From positions 1 through 27,803 of the forward strand of contig NIVC01005048.1 in the NCBI GenBank assembly GCA_002269645.1: a stretch of DNA of 27,803 nt, read 5' to 3'. This DNA comes from Macrostomum lignano (lineage: Eukaryota). Position 1 is the stretch's first letter; the number at the start of each line of letters is the position of its first letter. A model generated the notes under the pieces. The model saw nothing but the letters and a program-made list of their open reading frames with translations, did no database searches and was not told where the DNA came from. Made by a program: the position numbers and the translations under genes. Of the stretch, positions 11,049 through 21,896 are shown one piece after another.

Positions 11049-11695
11049 AACTCAAATCCCACACGAACTCAAATCCCACACGAACTCAAATCCCACACGA
11101 ACTCAAATCCCACACAAACTCAAATACCACACAAACTCAAATCCCACACGAACTCAAATCCCACACAAACTCAAATACCACACAAACTCAAATCCCACAC
11201 AAATTCAAATCCCACACAAACTAAAATCCCACACGTAATCAAATCCCACACAAACTCAAATCCCACACGTAATCAAATCCCACACGTAATCAAATCCCAC
11301 ACAAACTCAAATCCCACACAAACTCAAATCCCACACAAACTCAAATCCCACACAAACTCAAATCCCATACAAACTCAAATCCCACACAAACTCAAATCCC
11401 ACACGTAATCAAATCCCACACAAACTCAAATCCCATACAAACTCAAATCCCACACAAACTCAAATCCCACAGGTAATCAAATCCCACACAAACTCAAATC
11501 CCACACGAACTCAAATCCCATACGAACTAAAATCCCACACGTAATCAAATCCCACACAAACTCAAATCCCACACGTAATTAAATCCCACACAAACTCAAA
11601 TCCCACACAAACTCAAATCCCATACAAACTCAAATCCCGTACAAACTCAAATCCTACACAAACTCAAATCCCACACGAACTCAAATCCCACACAC
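11049..11695. repeat. 17-bp minisatellite AACTCAAATCCCACAC(A/G), ~38 copies
   Basis: Period 17 (11051,11068,11085...). Confidence 0.97.
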
Positions 11696-11697
11696 AG

Positions 11698-11914
11698 CAG
11701 GGCCATTTGGCTCTCCCAAGTGGCGGCGGCGGCGCTGGGGGAGGCGGCTGCGAGAGGCGCCACTCGGACCACGCGCTGTACCGCCGGCAGAGTCAGCAGT
11801 CCTCGGGGCGGCCGGGAGTGGAGGCGGGGGCGCCGGCGGCACTGGCTCCATGTTTCGTAACGTGATCATCAGCACGCCGAGAATTCAGGTCACCCCGAGC
11901 GACTCTGCGGCCAA
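11698..11914 (+). CDS. Gly/Ser-rich coding exon, probably QGHLALPSGGGGAGGGGCERRHSDHALYRRQSQQSSG / AAGSGGGGAGGTGSMFRNVIISTPRIQVTPSDSAA with a frame ambiguity near 11805-11808
   Basis: Very GC-rich island between two arrays; CAGCAG tandem acceptor (11698/11701); AA|GTGAGA donor at 11915. Confidence 0.65.
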
Positions 11915-11957
11915 GTGAGAATAAAGTCTGAATATTTTTACTCATTTGATTTTGCTC

Positions 11958-12935
11958 CTGAGATAGGATTCTCAAGTCTGAGATGGGATTCTCAAGTCTG
12001 AGATGGGACTCTCAAGTCTGAGATGGGACTCTCAAGTCTGAGATGGGATTCTCAAGTCTGAGATGGTATTCTCAAGTCTGAGATGGTATTCTCAAGTCTG
12101 AGATGGGATTCTCAAACCTGAGATGGTATTCTCAAGTCTGAGATTGGATTCTCAAGTCTGAGATGGGATTCTCAAACCCAAGATGGGATTCTCAAACCCA
12201 AGATGGGATTCTTAAGTCTTAGATGGGATTCTCAAACCTGAGATGGGATTCTCAAGTCTGAGATGGGATTCTCAAACCTGAGATGGTATTCTCAAGTCTG
12301 AGATGGGATTCTCAAGTCTAAGATGGGATTCTCAAGTCTGAGATGGGATTCTCAAGTCTGAGATGGGATTCTCAAACCCAAGATGGGATTCTCAAACCTG
12401 AGATGGGATTCTTAAGTCTTAGATGGGATTCTCAAACCTGAGATGGGATTCTCAAGCCTGAGATGGGATTCTCAAGTCTGAGATGGGATTCTCAAACCTG
12501 AGATGGGATTCTCAAGTCTGAGATGGGATTCTAAAACCCAAGATGAGATTCTCAAACCTGAGATGGGATTCTTAAGTCTTAGATGGGATTCTCAAACTTG
12601 AGATGGGATTCTCAAGTCTGAGATGGTATTCTTAAGTCTGAGATGGGATTCTCAAGTCTGAGATGGCATTCTCAAACCTGAGATGGGATTCTCAAACCTT
12701 AGATGGGATTCTCAAACCTGAGATGGTATTCTCAAGTCCGAGATGGGATTCTCAAGTCTGAGATGGGATTCTCAAGTCTGGGATGGGATTCTCAAGTCTG
12801 AGATGGGATTCTCGAGTCTAAGATGGGATTCTCAAACCTGAGATGGGATTCTTAAGTCTTAGATGGGATTCTCAAACCTGAGATGGGATTCTTAAGTCTT
12901 AGATGAGATTCTCAAGTCTGAGGTGAGATTCTCAG
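11958..12935. repeat. 20-bp minisatellite GAGATGGGATTCTCAA(GT/AC)CT, ~49 copies
   Basis: Direct reading. Confidence 0.98.
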
Positions 12936-13137
12936 ACAGAGGCCAGACATCCGTGAGCAGTTCTCATCAGTGCATCCAGTAATTTATTGAAAATGATGTT
13001 GCGTGACGCAATATGGATCTGGGCTTCGGCTGCAATTTGAGCTCACTCGGGCAACAGCTGCCGCAGCAGGGCCGGTTTCTAGGGCCTGTTTCCTATAATT
13101 ACCCTCAACTGTCCTCCCCAACGAAGCACAAATCCAG

Positions 13138-13204
13138 CTGCGTCTTGGAGAAATTTCCAGAGCTGTCCCTGACGCTGCCTTGCTTGACTTCGCCTGACAT
13201 TACA
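13138..13204 (+). CDS. Weak candidate exon (CVLEKFPELSLTLPCLTSPDIT), phase 2/0
   Basis: ATCCAG acceptor, ACA|GTAATA donor, frame open; alternative acceptors exist. Confidence 0.25.
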
Positions 13205-13309
13205 GTAATATACAAGGCTTGTTTTGCAGCCTGCTATTTACATGTAGCTGCAGATTTACATTGCAACGGAGAGACAACTTGCTGACTTCACTTCTATGTG
13301 CATGCAGCC

Positions 13310-13620
13310 TCCCTCTGTCTGTCCCTGACTGTCTCCCTCTCTGGCACCCTCTCTGTCTCCCTCTCATTCTCCCTCTCTGTCTCCCTCTCATTCTCCCTCT
13401 CTGTCTCCCTCTCATTCTCCCTCTCTGTCTCCCTCTCATTCTCCCTCTCTGTCTCCCTCTCATTCTCCCTCTCTGTCTCCCTCTCTGGCACCCTCTCTGT
13501 CTCCCTCTCTGGCACCCTCTCTGTCTCCCTCTCACTCTCCCTCTCTGTCTCCCTCTCACTCTCCCTCTCTGTCTCCCTCTCTGGCTTCCTCTCTGTCTCC
13601 CTCTCTGGCACCCTCACTCA
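13310..13620. repeat. Pyrimidine-rich 12/24-bp array CTCTCTGTCTCC-CTCTC(ATTCT/TGGCA)CC
   Basis: Direct reading. Confidence 0.95.
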
Positions 13621-13883
13621 GCCAGGAAACATTTAATCATTTTAACCAATGCGCTATTTTTACCCTATTAAAGTACTCGTACAATATTTATTCACGTGTC
13701 ATTTATTTTATTGTACGCTCTCTTGTTTTTATGCTCCTCTACCGGCATTTCATCCGTCTATCTAGTACTCGAAATAACAATCTCTGTCGTCCTCTGGGAC
13801 AAGTCTAGGCACCCTTTTAAATGTACATCCCTCATATGTACAACTACTCTCTTCTATCAGACTAAGAAAAATAATACTTAAAA

Positions 13884-14120
13884 GACCCTCTCTGTCTCCC
13901 TTTGGCACCCTCTCTGTCTCCCTCTCTGGCACCCTCTCTTCTCTCTCTCTCTATCTCTGTCTCCCTCTCACTCTCCCTCTCTGTCTCCCTCTCTGGCTTC
14001 CTCTCTGTCTCCCTCTCTGGCACCCTCACTGTCTCCATCTCACTCTCCCTCTCTGTCTCCCTCTCTGTCTCCCTCTCACTCTCCCTCTCTGTCTCCCTCT
14101 CTGTCTTTCACTGTGTCTCC

Positions 14121-14182
<62 letters not shown>
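13884..14182. repeat. Second copy of the CT-rich 12/24-bp array, ending in (CT)n
   Basis: Same units as 13310-13620. Confidence 0.95.
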
Positions 14183-14192
14183 ATTTTATTAG

Positions 14193-14310
14193 AGGCAGGG
14201 GGGTTGTGTGCACCCTGGCGCACTTTAAGCGACATAGGCACACAACCGGCGAGAGGCATTACTGCCCATTCCGCCGACTCCCCTGAGCAGGCATACAAGC
14301 GCGCGGATAC
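14193..14310 (+). CDS. Candidate 118-nt exon (AGGLCAPWRTLSDIGTQPARGITAHSADSPEQAYKRAD), phase 1/2
   Basis: (CT)n tract plus TTTTATTAG acceptor; AC|GTACGC donor; only one frame open; alternative AGs at 14194 and 14198. Confidence 0.5.
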
Positions 14311-14354
14311 GTACGCAGGCACACACTCACACAGGAGTGTACAGTGATATATGA

Positions 14355-14547
14355 TATTATATTTATATTATCGCAGTGAAGTACACTTCACTGCGCTTTG
14401 GGGGGTTGGCTCTCAAGGCCGTTAATTGCACGAGCAGAGCCAAGCCGAGATTCCAATTCAGCCCCAAATTAATGTGACTGCACTTGGAATCGAACCTGGG
14501 TCGCTGGCACACCAGAGCCTGCGCTAGACCGCTGGGCTACGGCCCCC
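14355..14547 (-). mobile_element. tRNA-derived SINE-like element, apparently full length (~190 bp)
   Basis: Minus strand: A box TAGCCCAGCGG (14539-14529), B box GGTTCGATTCC (14496-14486), 32-nt spacing; acceptor and T stems do not pair, so not a tRNA; 3' hairpin 14372-14395 then AT-rich tail. Confidence 0.65.
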
Positions 14548-14550
14548 CTC

Positions 14551-14602
<52 letters not shown>

Positions 14603-14720
14603 TCTCTCTATCTCTCTCTATCTCTATCTCTCTCTCCTCTTTTTCACTGTGTCCCGTTCTCTCTGTCACCCTCTGGCTGTCTTTCACTGGGTCTCCCTCT
14701 CTGCCTCCCTCCCTGTGTCC
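14547..14720. repeat. (CT)n microsatellite and CT-rich degenerate array
   Basis: Direct reading. Confidence 0.9.
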
Positions 14721-14762
14721 TTGTCTATGCCTCTTTTTCAAATCTGTCCTCTCCATTTCCAG

Positions 14763-14835
14763 TGCATTCCTGCCGGTGGCCGGGCCGCAGTCTCCGCAGA
14801 CAGCGACAATATACAGAAAGCCCCAATCCAGCTAG
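14763..14835 (+). CDS. Candidate exon; in phase 2 a terminal exon AFLPVAGPQSPQTATIYRKPQSS* followed by AATAAA at 14847-14852
   Basis: Strong CTCCATTTCCAG acceptor at 14762; the phase-0 frame is also open to 15002, so the reading is unresolved. Confidence 0.3.
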
Positions 14836-15479
14836 CCAGAAATGTTAATAAAACATACCCAATTGATTCGGCCGCGGCGTCGCCGGACAGACAGGCGACT
14901 CTCTGGCCGGAATACTTGCGCCCGAGGCAATTCACTAACCCCCCCTCCAGCCTGCAGTGCATCGATAAGTCGGAAGCAAAAGTCGGGAAGGGAAAATGTT
15001 AAATGTTCTGAACCCTCGGCCCCGTCCTCTTCTCTTTTCTCTCTCGCTATAGAGGCCTGCAGTGAAACTGTGGCTATAAATGCAGTGAAACAGCGCAATT
15101 TATTTTGCAGCAAAAGTTAGCAACTGCTTTTATACTTCTACATAAAGCCTTGCACTTGAACTTTTAATTATATTATTGAAATCACATTTGCTGACAAAGA
15201 ATATCCCAGGCTAAAAATGTACCACAGGGGATCCAGGAGTTTCTGCAGGTCGAGGTCTCAGTAAGTTGGGTAATGTGGTGTCCAAGTTTTCTTAGATTCG
15301 AAACTGAGCTAAAATTCATCCACCTATGCATTTCAATAAGCATTCTGTGCTACTAATAGTATGTTATTGAGTCTTACAATTTTCTATGCGTATTTTAAAT
15401 ATTTCATAATAAAATATGAAATTTGCACTTTGTAGCATGCTAGCCTACGTTTTTTATGAGTTTGGATGGGACAGGTCTG

Positions 15480-15752
15480 AGGTAGATGAGACAGTGTTGA
15501 GGCGGATATGAGACAGGGTTGGAATAGATATGAGACAGTGTTGGGGTAAATATGAGACAGTGCTGAGGTAGATATGAGACAGTGTTGGGGTAGATGTGAG
15601 ACAGTGTTGGGGTAGGTATGAGAGAGTGTTGAGGTAGATATGAGACAGTGTCAAGTGGATATTGGACAGTGAGAAGGAGAGAGAGGAGACAGTGAGAAGG
15701 GGAGAAGAGAGTGAGAAGGAGAGAGGAGACAGTGAGAAGGAGAGAAGAGACA
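15480..15752. repeat. 22-bp array TGAGACAGTGTTG(A/G)GGTAGATA followed by 21-bp GA array GAGACAGTGAGAAGGAGAGAA
   Basis: Direct reading. Confidence 0.92.
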
Positions 15753-15759
15753 CTCAAAG

Positions 15760-16010
15760 ACCCTCTCTGTCTCCCTCTCAGTCATCCTCTCAGTCTCCCT
15801 CTCAGTCACCCTCTCAGTCTCCCTCTCAGTCTCCCTCTTAGTCTCCCTCTCAGTCTCCCTCTTAGTCTCCCTCTCAGTCTCCCTCTCTGTCTCCCTCTCT
15901 GTCTCCCTCTCAGTCTCCCTCTTAGTCTCCCTCTCAGTCTCCCTCTCAGTCTCCCTCTCTGTCTCCCTCTCAGTCACCCTCTCTGTCTCCCTCTCAGTCA
16001 CCTTCTCACC
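15760..16010. repeat. 12-bp CT array CTCCCTCTC(A/T)GT
   Basis: Direct reading; related to the 13310 and 13884 arrays. Confidence 0.95.
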
Positions 16011-16039
16011 CTCATGCTAGCCTACGTTTCTATGAGTTC

Positions 16040-16400
16040 GTATGAGACAGTGTTGGGTAGATATGGGACAGTGAGAAGGGGAGAAGAGACCATGAGAAGG
16101 AGAGGAGAGACAGTGAGAAGGAGAAGGAGAGAAGAGACGGTGAGAAGGAGAGAAGAGACCATGAGAAGGAGAGGAGAGACAGTGAGAAGGAGAAGGAGAG
16201 AAGAGACGGTGAGAAGGAGAGAAGAGACGGTGAGAAGGAGAGAAGAGACAGTGAGAATGAGAGAAGAGACGGTGAGAAGGAGAGAAGAGACAGTGAGAAG
16301 GAGAGAAGAGACAGTGAGAAGGAGAGAAGAGACGGTGAGAAGGAGAGAAGAGACAGTGAGAAATAAAGAAGGGACAGTGAGGAGAGCGGAGACAGTTGGA
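16040..16400. repeat. 21-bp GA array GAGAC(A/G)GTGAGAAGGAGAGAA
   Basis: Direct reading. Confidence 0.94.
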
Positions 16401-17084
16401 GAGAGAGTTTGTCAGAGAAAGCTGCCCAGGAACTGCGGATCTCACAAAAGGGATTTCTATAAACACGACTGATGGCGGGGGGGTGACTCTGAAGCGATGT
16501 TGCAGCAGCCCGCGACGCCTCATGAGGCAAGGACAAAGGGCGGCAGTCACCGTTGCAAATCCGCTTTCGCGCAGAGCAGAGCAAGTTTTTACTTGCTACC
16601 TCATTTCCTGCGAGTGCTAGGAGTTTGAGTACCTGCTGGCAGTGTGGGGAGAATTCTCCCACCGCATCATCGGCTTAAGCCCGCTCAGGACTGACTGAGC
16701 CAGGTGTGCCTGACTACCACCAGCTTTCGGTGGGTGGAACAAAACGGTGGAGAACTTTTTTGTTGTTTTATTTAAGAGAAAGAGTAGTTCCCGAAAGAGA
16801 GGAAAAGATTGCTTTGGGGATTCTTTGGCAATTAATATTCAGGATTTCTGTTGTGCCAAGCGATGAGGCTCTTTGTTCTTTCCGTGTGGAACTGCCCTGA
16901 AATTGCGGGCCTAACAGGTGTGACTGTGGAAACACTGTGAAAGCATTTATTGAGACTGGGCGGAATGAAGTGTTTTGAATTTAGAAACTCGAATGGGATT
17001 TAGAAAAACTGGTAGACTTTTATTTTCAGATATATAGGTAGATTGATTATTGGATTTGATAGGTTTGATTGATAAGTAGATAAG

Positions 17085-17820
17085 GTAGATTTACAGGTAG
17101 ATGATAGGTAGATTGATTGGTAAATTGGTTGGTAGATTAACAGGCAGATTGGCAGGTAGATTGGCAGGTAGATTGGCAGGTAGATTGGCAGGTAGATTGG
17201 CAGGTAGATTGACAGGTAGATTGGCAGGTAGATTGACAGGTAGATTGACAGGTAGATTGGCAGGTAGATTGGCAGGTAGATTGGCAGGTAGATTGGCAGG
17301 TAGATTTTAGGTAGATTGGCAGGTAGATTGGCAGGTAGATTGGCAGGTAGATTGGCAGGTAGATTGGCAGGTAGATTGGCAGGTAGATTGGCAGGTAGAT
17401 TTTAGGTAGATTGGCAGGTAGATTGGCAGGTAGATTGGCAGGTAGATTGGCAGGTAGATTTTAGGTAGATTGGCAGGTAGATTGGCAGGTAGATTGGCAG
17501 GTAGATTTTAGGTAGATTGGCAGGTAGATTGACATGTAGATTGACAGGTAGATTGACAGGTAGATTGGCAGGTAGATTGACACGTAGATTGACAGGTAGA
17601 TTGGCAGGTAGATTGGCAGGTAGATTGGCAGGTAGATTGGCAGGTAGATTGGCAGGTAGATTGGCAGGTAGATTGGCAGGTAGATTGGCAGGTAGATTGG
17701 CAGGTAGATTTTAGGTAGATTGGCAGGTAGATTTTAGGTAGATTGGCAGGTAGATTGACAGATAGATTGACAGGTAGATTGACAGGTAGATAGAAAGGTA
17801 GATTGACAGGTAGATAGGCA
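17085..17820. repeat. 12-bp minisatellite AGGTAGATTGGC, ~60 copies
   Basis: Direct reading; variants ATTGAC and ATTTT. Confidence 0.98.
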
Positions 17821-18149
17821 GCTCCAGCAAAGCACTGGGCTCACAGGCAGGCAGGGGGCCACCCGGGGGTGCTGAAAGCTAGCGGCAAAATTCTTCGCCA
17901 ACATTTTAAAAAGCACGCCTCGGCTGCAGACTCCCCGCGTAGCGTCATCAGCTCAGCCTCAAAGTTGGTTAATTTCGAATCTGTCAGTTTCGCGTGCTCG
18001 GTACTTGAGCAGGTCGGGGCCGGGGCGCTTCTTTTTATAGACAGATTGCGCGATGACGCCCGTTTCTTTGTTCATTTTATCAATTGTTTTAGCATTATTT
18101 ACTTCAAGCATTCTTCCAGCCTCTCCCGCATCACTCTCTTCACACTCCC

Positions 18150-18850
18150 ATCCCCCTCTTCCTTCATCTCCCTCTCTCCCTTCATCTCCCTCTCTCCCTT
18201 CATCTCCCTCTCTCCCTAAATCTCCCTCTCTCCCTTCATCTCCCTCTCTCCCTTCATCTCCTTCTTTCCCTTCATCTCCCTCTCTCCCTTCATATCCTTC
18301 TTTCCCTTCATCTCCTTCTCTCCCTTCATCTCCTTCTCTCCCTTCATCTTCCTCTCTCCCTTCATCTCCCTCTCTCCCTTCATCTCCCTCTCTCCCTTCA
18401 TCTCCTTCTCTCCCTTCATCTCCCTCTCTCCCTTCATCTCCTTCTCTCCTTTCATCTCCCTCTCTCCCTTCATCTCCTTCTCTCCTTCATCTCCCTCTCT
18501 CCCTTTATCTCCTTCTTTCCCTTCATCTCCCTATCTCCCTTCATCTCCCTCTCTCCCTTCATCTCCTTCTTTCCCTTCATCTCCCTCTCTCCCTTTATCT
18601 CCTTCTCTCCCTTCATCTCCCTCTCTCCCTTCATCTCCTTCTGTCCTTTCATCTCCCTCTCTCCCTTCATCTCCTTCTCTCCCTTCATCTCCCTCTCTCC
18701 CTTTATCTCCTTCTTTCCCTTCATCTCCCTATCTCCCTTAATCTCACTCTCTCCCTCCATCTCCCTCTCCCCCTTCATCTCCCTCTCTCCCTTCATCTCC
18801 CTCTCTCCCTTCATCTCCCTCTCTCTCCCTTCATCTCCCTCTCTCCCTTC
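18150..18850. repeat. 18-bp pyrimidine minisatellite CCCTTCATCTCCCTCTCT, ~39 copies
   Basis: Direct reading. Confidence 0.97.
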
Positions 18851-19552
18851 GTCTCCGATCTCTCCCTCTATTTTTCCGCTTTCCTCTCTTCCTGCATCTT
18901 CCCTCTTCTCATCTGCTTGCACCTCTGTATCTCCCTCAACCCTCCTCCCGCTTCTCCTTTTCGGGTCTCTCATTGCTTAATTCCTTTTTCGCTCCGACTC
19001 TCCCTCACTAAAATACTTTCTGCTTTTTTGTCTCCATATTCCCCGCCTTGAATCCCTTTCTCTCAGTTAGAATCCCCTCTCTAAAAACCTATTTCCTCGA
19101 GATTGTTTCTTTTGTAAAGAGACCTCTGCTCTCAATGCCCTCCATTAAAAATCAATTTGTAAAGAGGGCCACATTTCAATTTGCCTCTCATTAAGGCCAC
19201 CATTTTTTGAATATCAAAACAAAATTTAAAAGGAATACTTGATGAAGCATCAGGTTGTAGGAAAACAAGTCACATAGGTGCAGGCCACCGATCAGAGAGT
19301 GGAGGTCGCTCTCAAATGCAATAAATTACTGAGAGCCCCACTACAGAGCTGTCAATCACTGAGCAGTCTAATCAGATAGAACTGCATAGAGGTGCGCTCT
19401 CAAGGCCACTGTACATAGCAGGCAGAAATGTGCACCGTGTTGAGCACGCAGTTTGGCCAATCGGCGCCTGAGACCATATTTCCAGGTATTGCTTCTTATA
19501 GTAAAAGCAGAAGATAATCTCTAGCACTGCTAAGTAACTCATCTGTACTCAG

Positions 19553-19705
19553 CCACAGCCGTAAGAATCCAAATCAGCTCATGTCGCACCTTGAAGCGCA
19601 GTCGATGCAGGTGAATCAAATCGAGGAAAGTTTTGGCGTCATCGGCGATTTGCTGCACTTTCCGCAGCTGCACAGGCACAGGAGCCGCCGGCACACCCTG
19701 GCCAT
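19553..19705 (+). CDS. 153-nt coding exon (HSRKNPNQLMSHLEAQSMQVNQIEESFGVIGDLLHFPQLHRHRSRRHTLA), phase 2/2
   Basis: TAAC branch-like motif plus GTACTCAG acceptor; AT|GTGAGT consensus donor; open, protein-like composition. Confidence 0.7.
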
Positions 19706-19996
19706 GTGAGTCCACAGTCCACAGACAGAGAGACAGGTGGACAAAACAGTACTGTCAGTTGTAGCTTAACTGCTTTCTTGCCAGATAGCTTTGTTAATCT
19801 CCGTAGACCGACTGTGCGAGCAACTGAGATAAGATAAATGCAATAGTGGAATGAAACTGAGTGCCAGGTATTTCTCTATGCTTCATTTGCCTGCTATAGA
19901 GACTCATTGACATTGCATTTTGTTCATGTCACTGTTTACTCTCCATACGAATGTGTAACTTCACTTAATAACTACACTGTTGCAAACTCAGTGACC

Positions 19997-20082
19997 TGTG
20001 ACAGACACTCAGACAGTCAGAAGGACAGACTGACAGACAGACACTCAGACAGACAGATAGACAGACGGACAGACAGACAGAC

Positions 20083-20113
<31 letters not shown>

Positions 20114-20152
20114 GAGCCAAACTGACAGACAGACAGACAGACAGCCAGACAA

Positions 20153-20225
<73 letters not shown>

Positions 20226-20252
20226 TGGACAGACAGACGGAAAGACAGACGG
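19997..20252. repeat. (GACA)n microsatellite
   Basis: Direct reading. Confidence 0.96.
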
Positions 20253-20726
20253 ACGCTATGGCAGGCCAACCCAAACACAGTGCTAGCCAGCCAAGTGCCC
20301 ATGCAGTTTAAACTGTTTGCAGTCAGATGCAACCGCAGCGCCTCAGATCAATCCGAACCTTAAAGCATTCGCTAGACAAAAATAAAATGCAAATTTATGT
20401 ATATTTTTTATCAAAATTATTGCAATATATTGCACTTTGCTAAAAAATGAAAGCCACATTTCCAACAAGGCAGTTCTGTGCGCAAAAATATAAAAATAAA
20501 AAAAAGATAAGAAAACGTCTATTCAAGCCTACTTTAAGTAGGCAATGGATTTAGTTCGCTCGTACCTTGCAACAAAAAAGTAAAATAATTAAATAAGATA
20601 TTATCATCCTCTAAAATATACAAATTAAAGTGCTCATTTTTAAATAGGAAAGTTGCAACGTAATAAATCATCGAACGTTAAACAAAAAATCGCACTCGAT
20701 CAGAGTGGAAAATGACGTCCACTCTG

Positions 20727-21375
20727 TCCAATAGAAAATGGCACTCTATCCAATAGAAAATGGCACTCTATCCAATAGAAAATGGCACTATTTCCAAGAG
20801 AAAATGGCACTCTTTACAATAGTAAAATGGCACTCTATCCAATAGAAAATGGCACTTTCTCCAATAGAAATGGCACTCTATCTAATAGAAAATGGCAATA
20901 TTTCCAATAGAAAATGGCACTCTATCCAATAGAAAATGGCACTCTATCCAATAGAAAATGGCACTTTTTCGAAGAGAAAATGGCACTCTTTCCAATAGAA
21001 AATGGCACTCTTTCCAATAGAAAATGGCACTCTATCCAATAGAAAATGGCACTTTTTTCAATAGAAAATGGCACTCTTTGCAATAGAAAATGGCACTCTA
21101 TCCAATAGAAAATGGCACTTTTTTCAATAGAAAATGGCACTCTTTGCAATAGAAAATGGCACTCTTTGCAATAGAAAATGGCACTCTTTGCAATAGAAAA
21201 TGGCACTCTTTGCAATAGAAAATGGCACTCTTTGCAATAGAAAATGGCACTCTTTGCAATAGAAAATGGCACTCTTTGCAATAGAAAATGGCACTCTTTG
21301 CAATAGAAAATGGCACTCTTTATAATAGAACATGGCAGTCTTTCCAACAGAAAAAGGCATTCTTTCCAATAGAAA
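20727..21375. repeat. 22-bp minisatellite CAATAGAAAATGGCACTCT(TTG/ATC), ~29 copies
   Basis: Period 22 (21181,21203,21225...). Confidence 0.97.
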
Positions 21376-21440
21376 CTGGCAAGTACAGAGGTATAGACCC
21401 GAGGCAGAGGACTCACGTCAGAAAGGCAAATCTTAAACAG

Positions 21441-21531
21441 TATGCAAGAACAATACACAAGAGTCAGAGGTACACGGGCGGTGGCCTTTCTCGCACCCAG
21501 CTCTCCGCCTCTTTCTCTCCCACGCACACCA
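21441..21531 (+). CDS. Candidate 91-nt exon (MQEQYTRVRGTRAVAFLAPSSPPLSLPRTP in phase 2/0; a second frame is also open)
   Basis: TTAAACAG acceptor; CCA|GTGAGG donor. Confidence 0.45.
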
Positions 21532-21721
21532 GTGAGGTTTTTGTTGAAAGCTGCAACACGCAGCAAGAACCTGACACAAAGTTACTCCATCCATCGCTCT
21601 CACTTTTCGAAATTGTTATTTGTTAATAAATTCTTAGCTGTTTGGAATTGAGTCGAAATAAAAGCAGAAAACGAAACTGGAAATGAGTTCTAAAATTGTT
21701 CCGAAAACTGCGTGACTCGCC

Positions 21722-21843
21722 ATGGCTTCGAATAAATTTATCAGCCTGTTGAGCGTGCCGACTGTCTCCATTGGCAACTCATCACCTGGCAGGGGAGGAG
21801 CCAGACACCGCCTGACGCTTAGGAGGCATTCGGCCAGCACCTG
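21722..21843 (+). CDS. Coding exon MASNKFISLLSVPTVSIGNSSPGRGGARHRLTLRRHSAST; alternative first exon (GCCATGG) or 99-nt cassette from acceptor 21744; phase-2 end
   Basis: Kozak-like CGCCATGG; in-frame internal ATCAG acceptor; TG|GTAGCT donor. Confidence 0.6.
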
Positions 21844-21896
21844 GTAGCTTGGGATGCGACTTGGAACTTGGCAACTAACTTTGATTGCCTTTCTTT

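Noticed and set aside
14470-14547. Functional tRNA gene
   Set aside because: A and B boxes are intact but acceptor, anticodon and T stems do not pair; treated as a SINE head
4701-17961. Genome-wide TGA reassignment (suggested by TGA at 4701 and 17953-17961)
   Set aside because: The best-supported exons contain no in-frame TGA; too few cases, explicable by chance or decay
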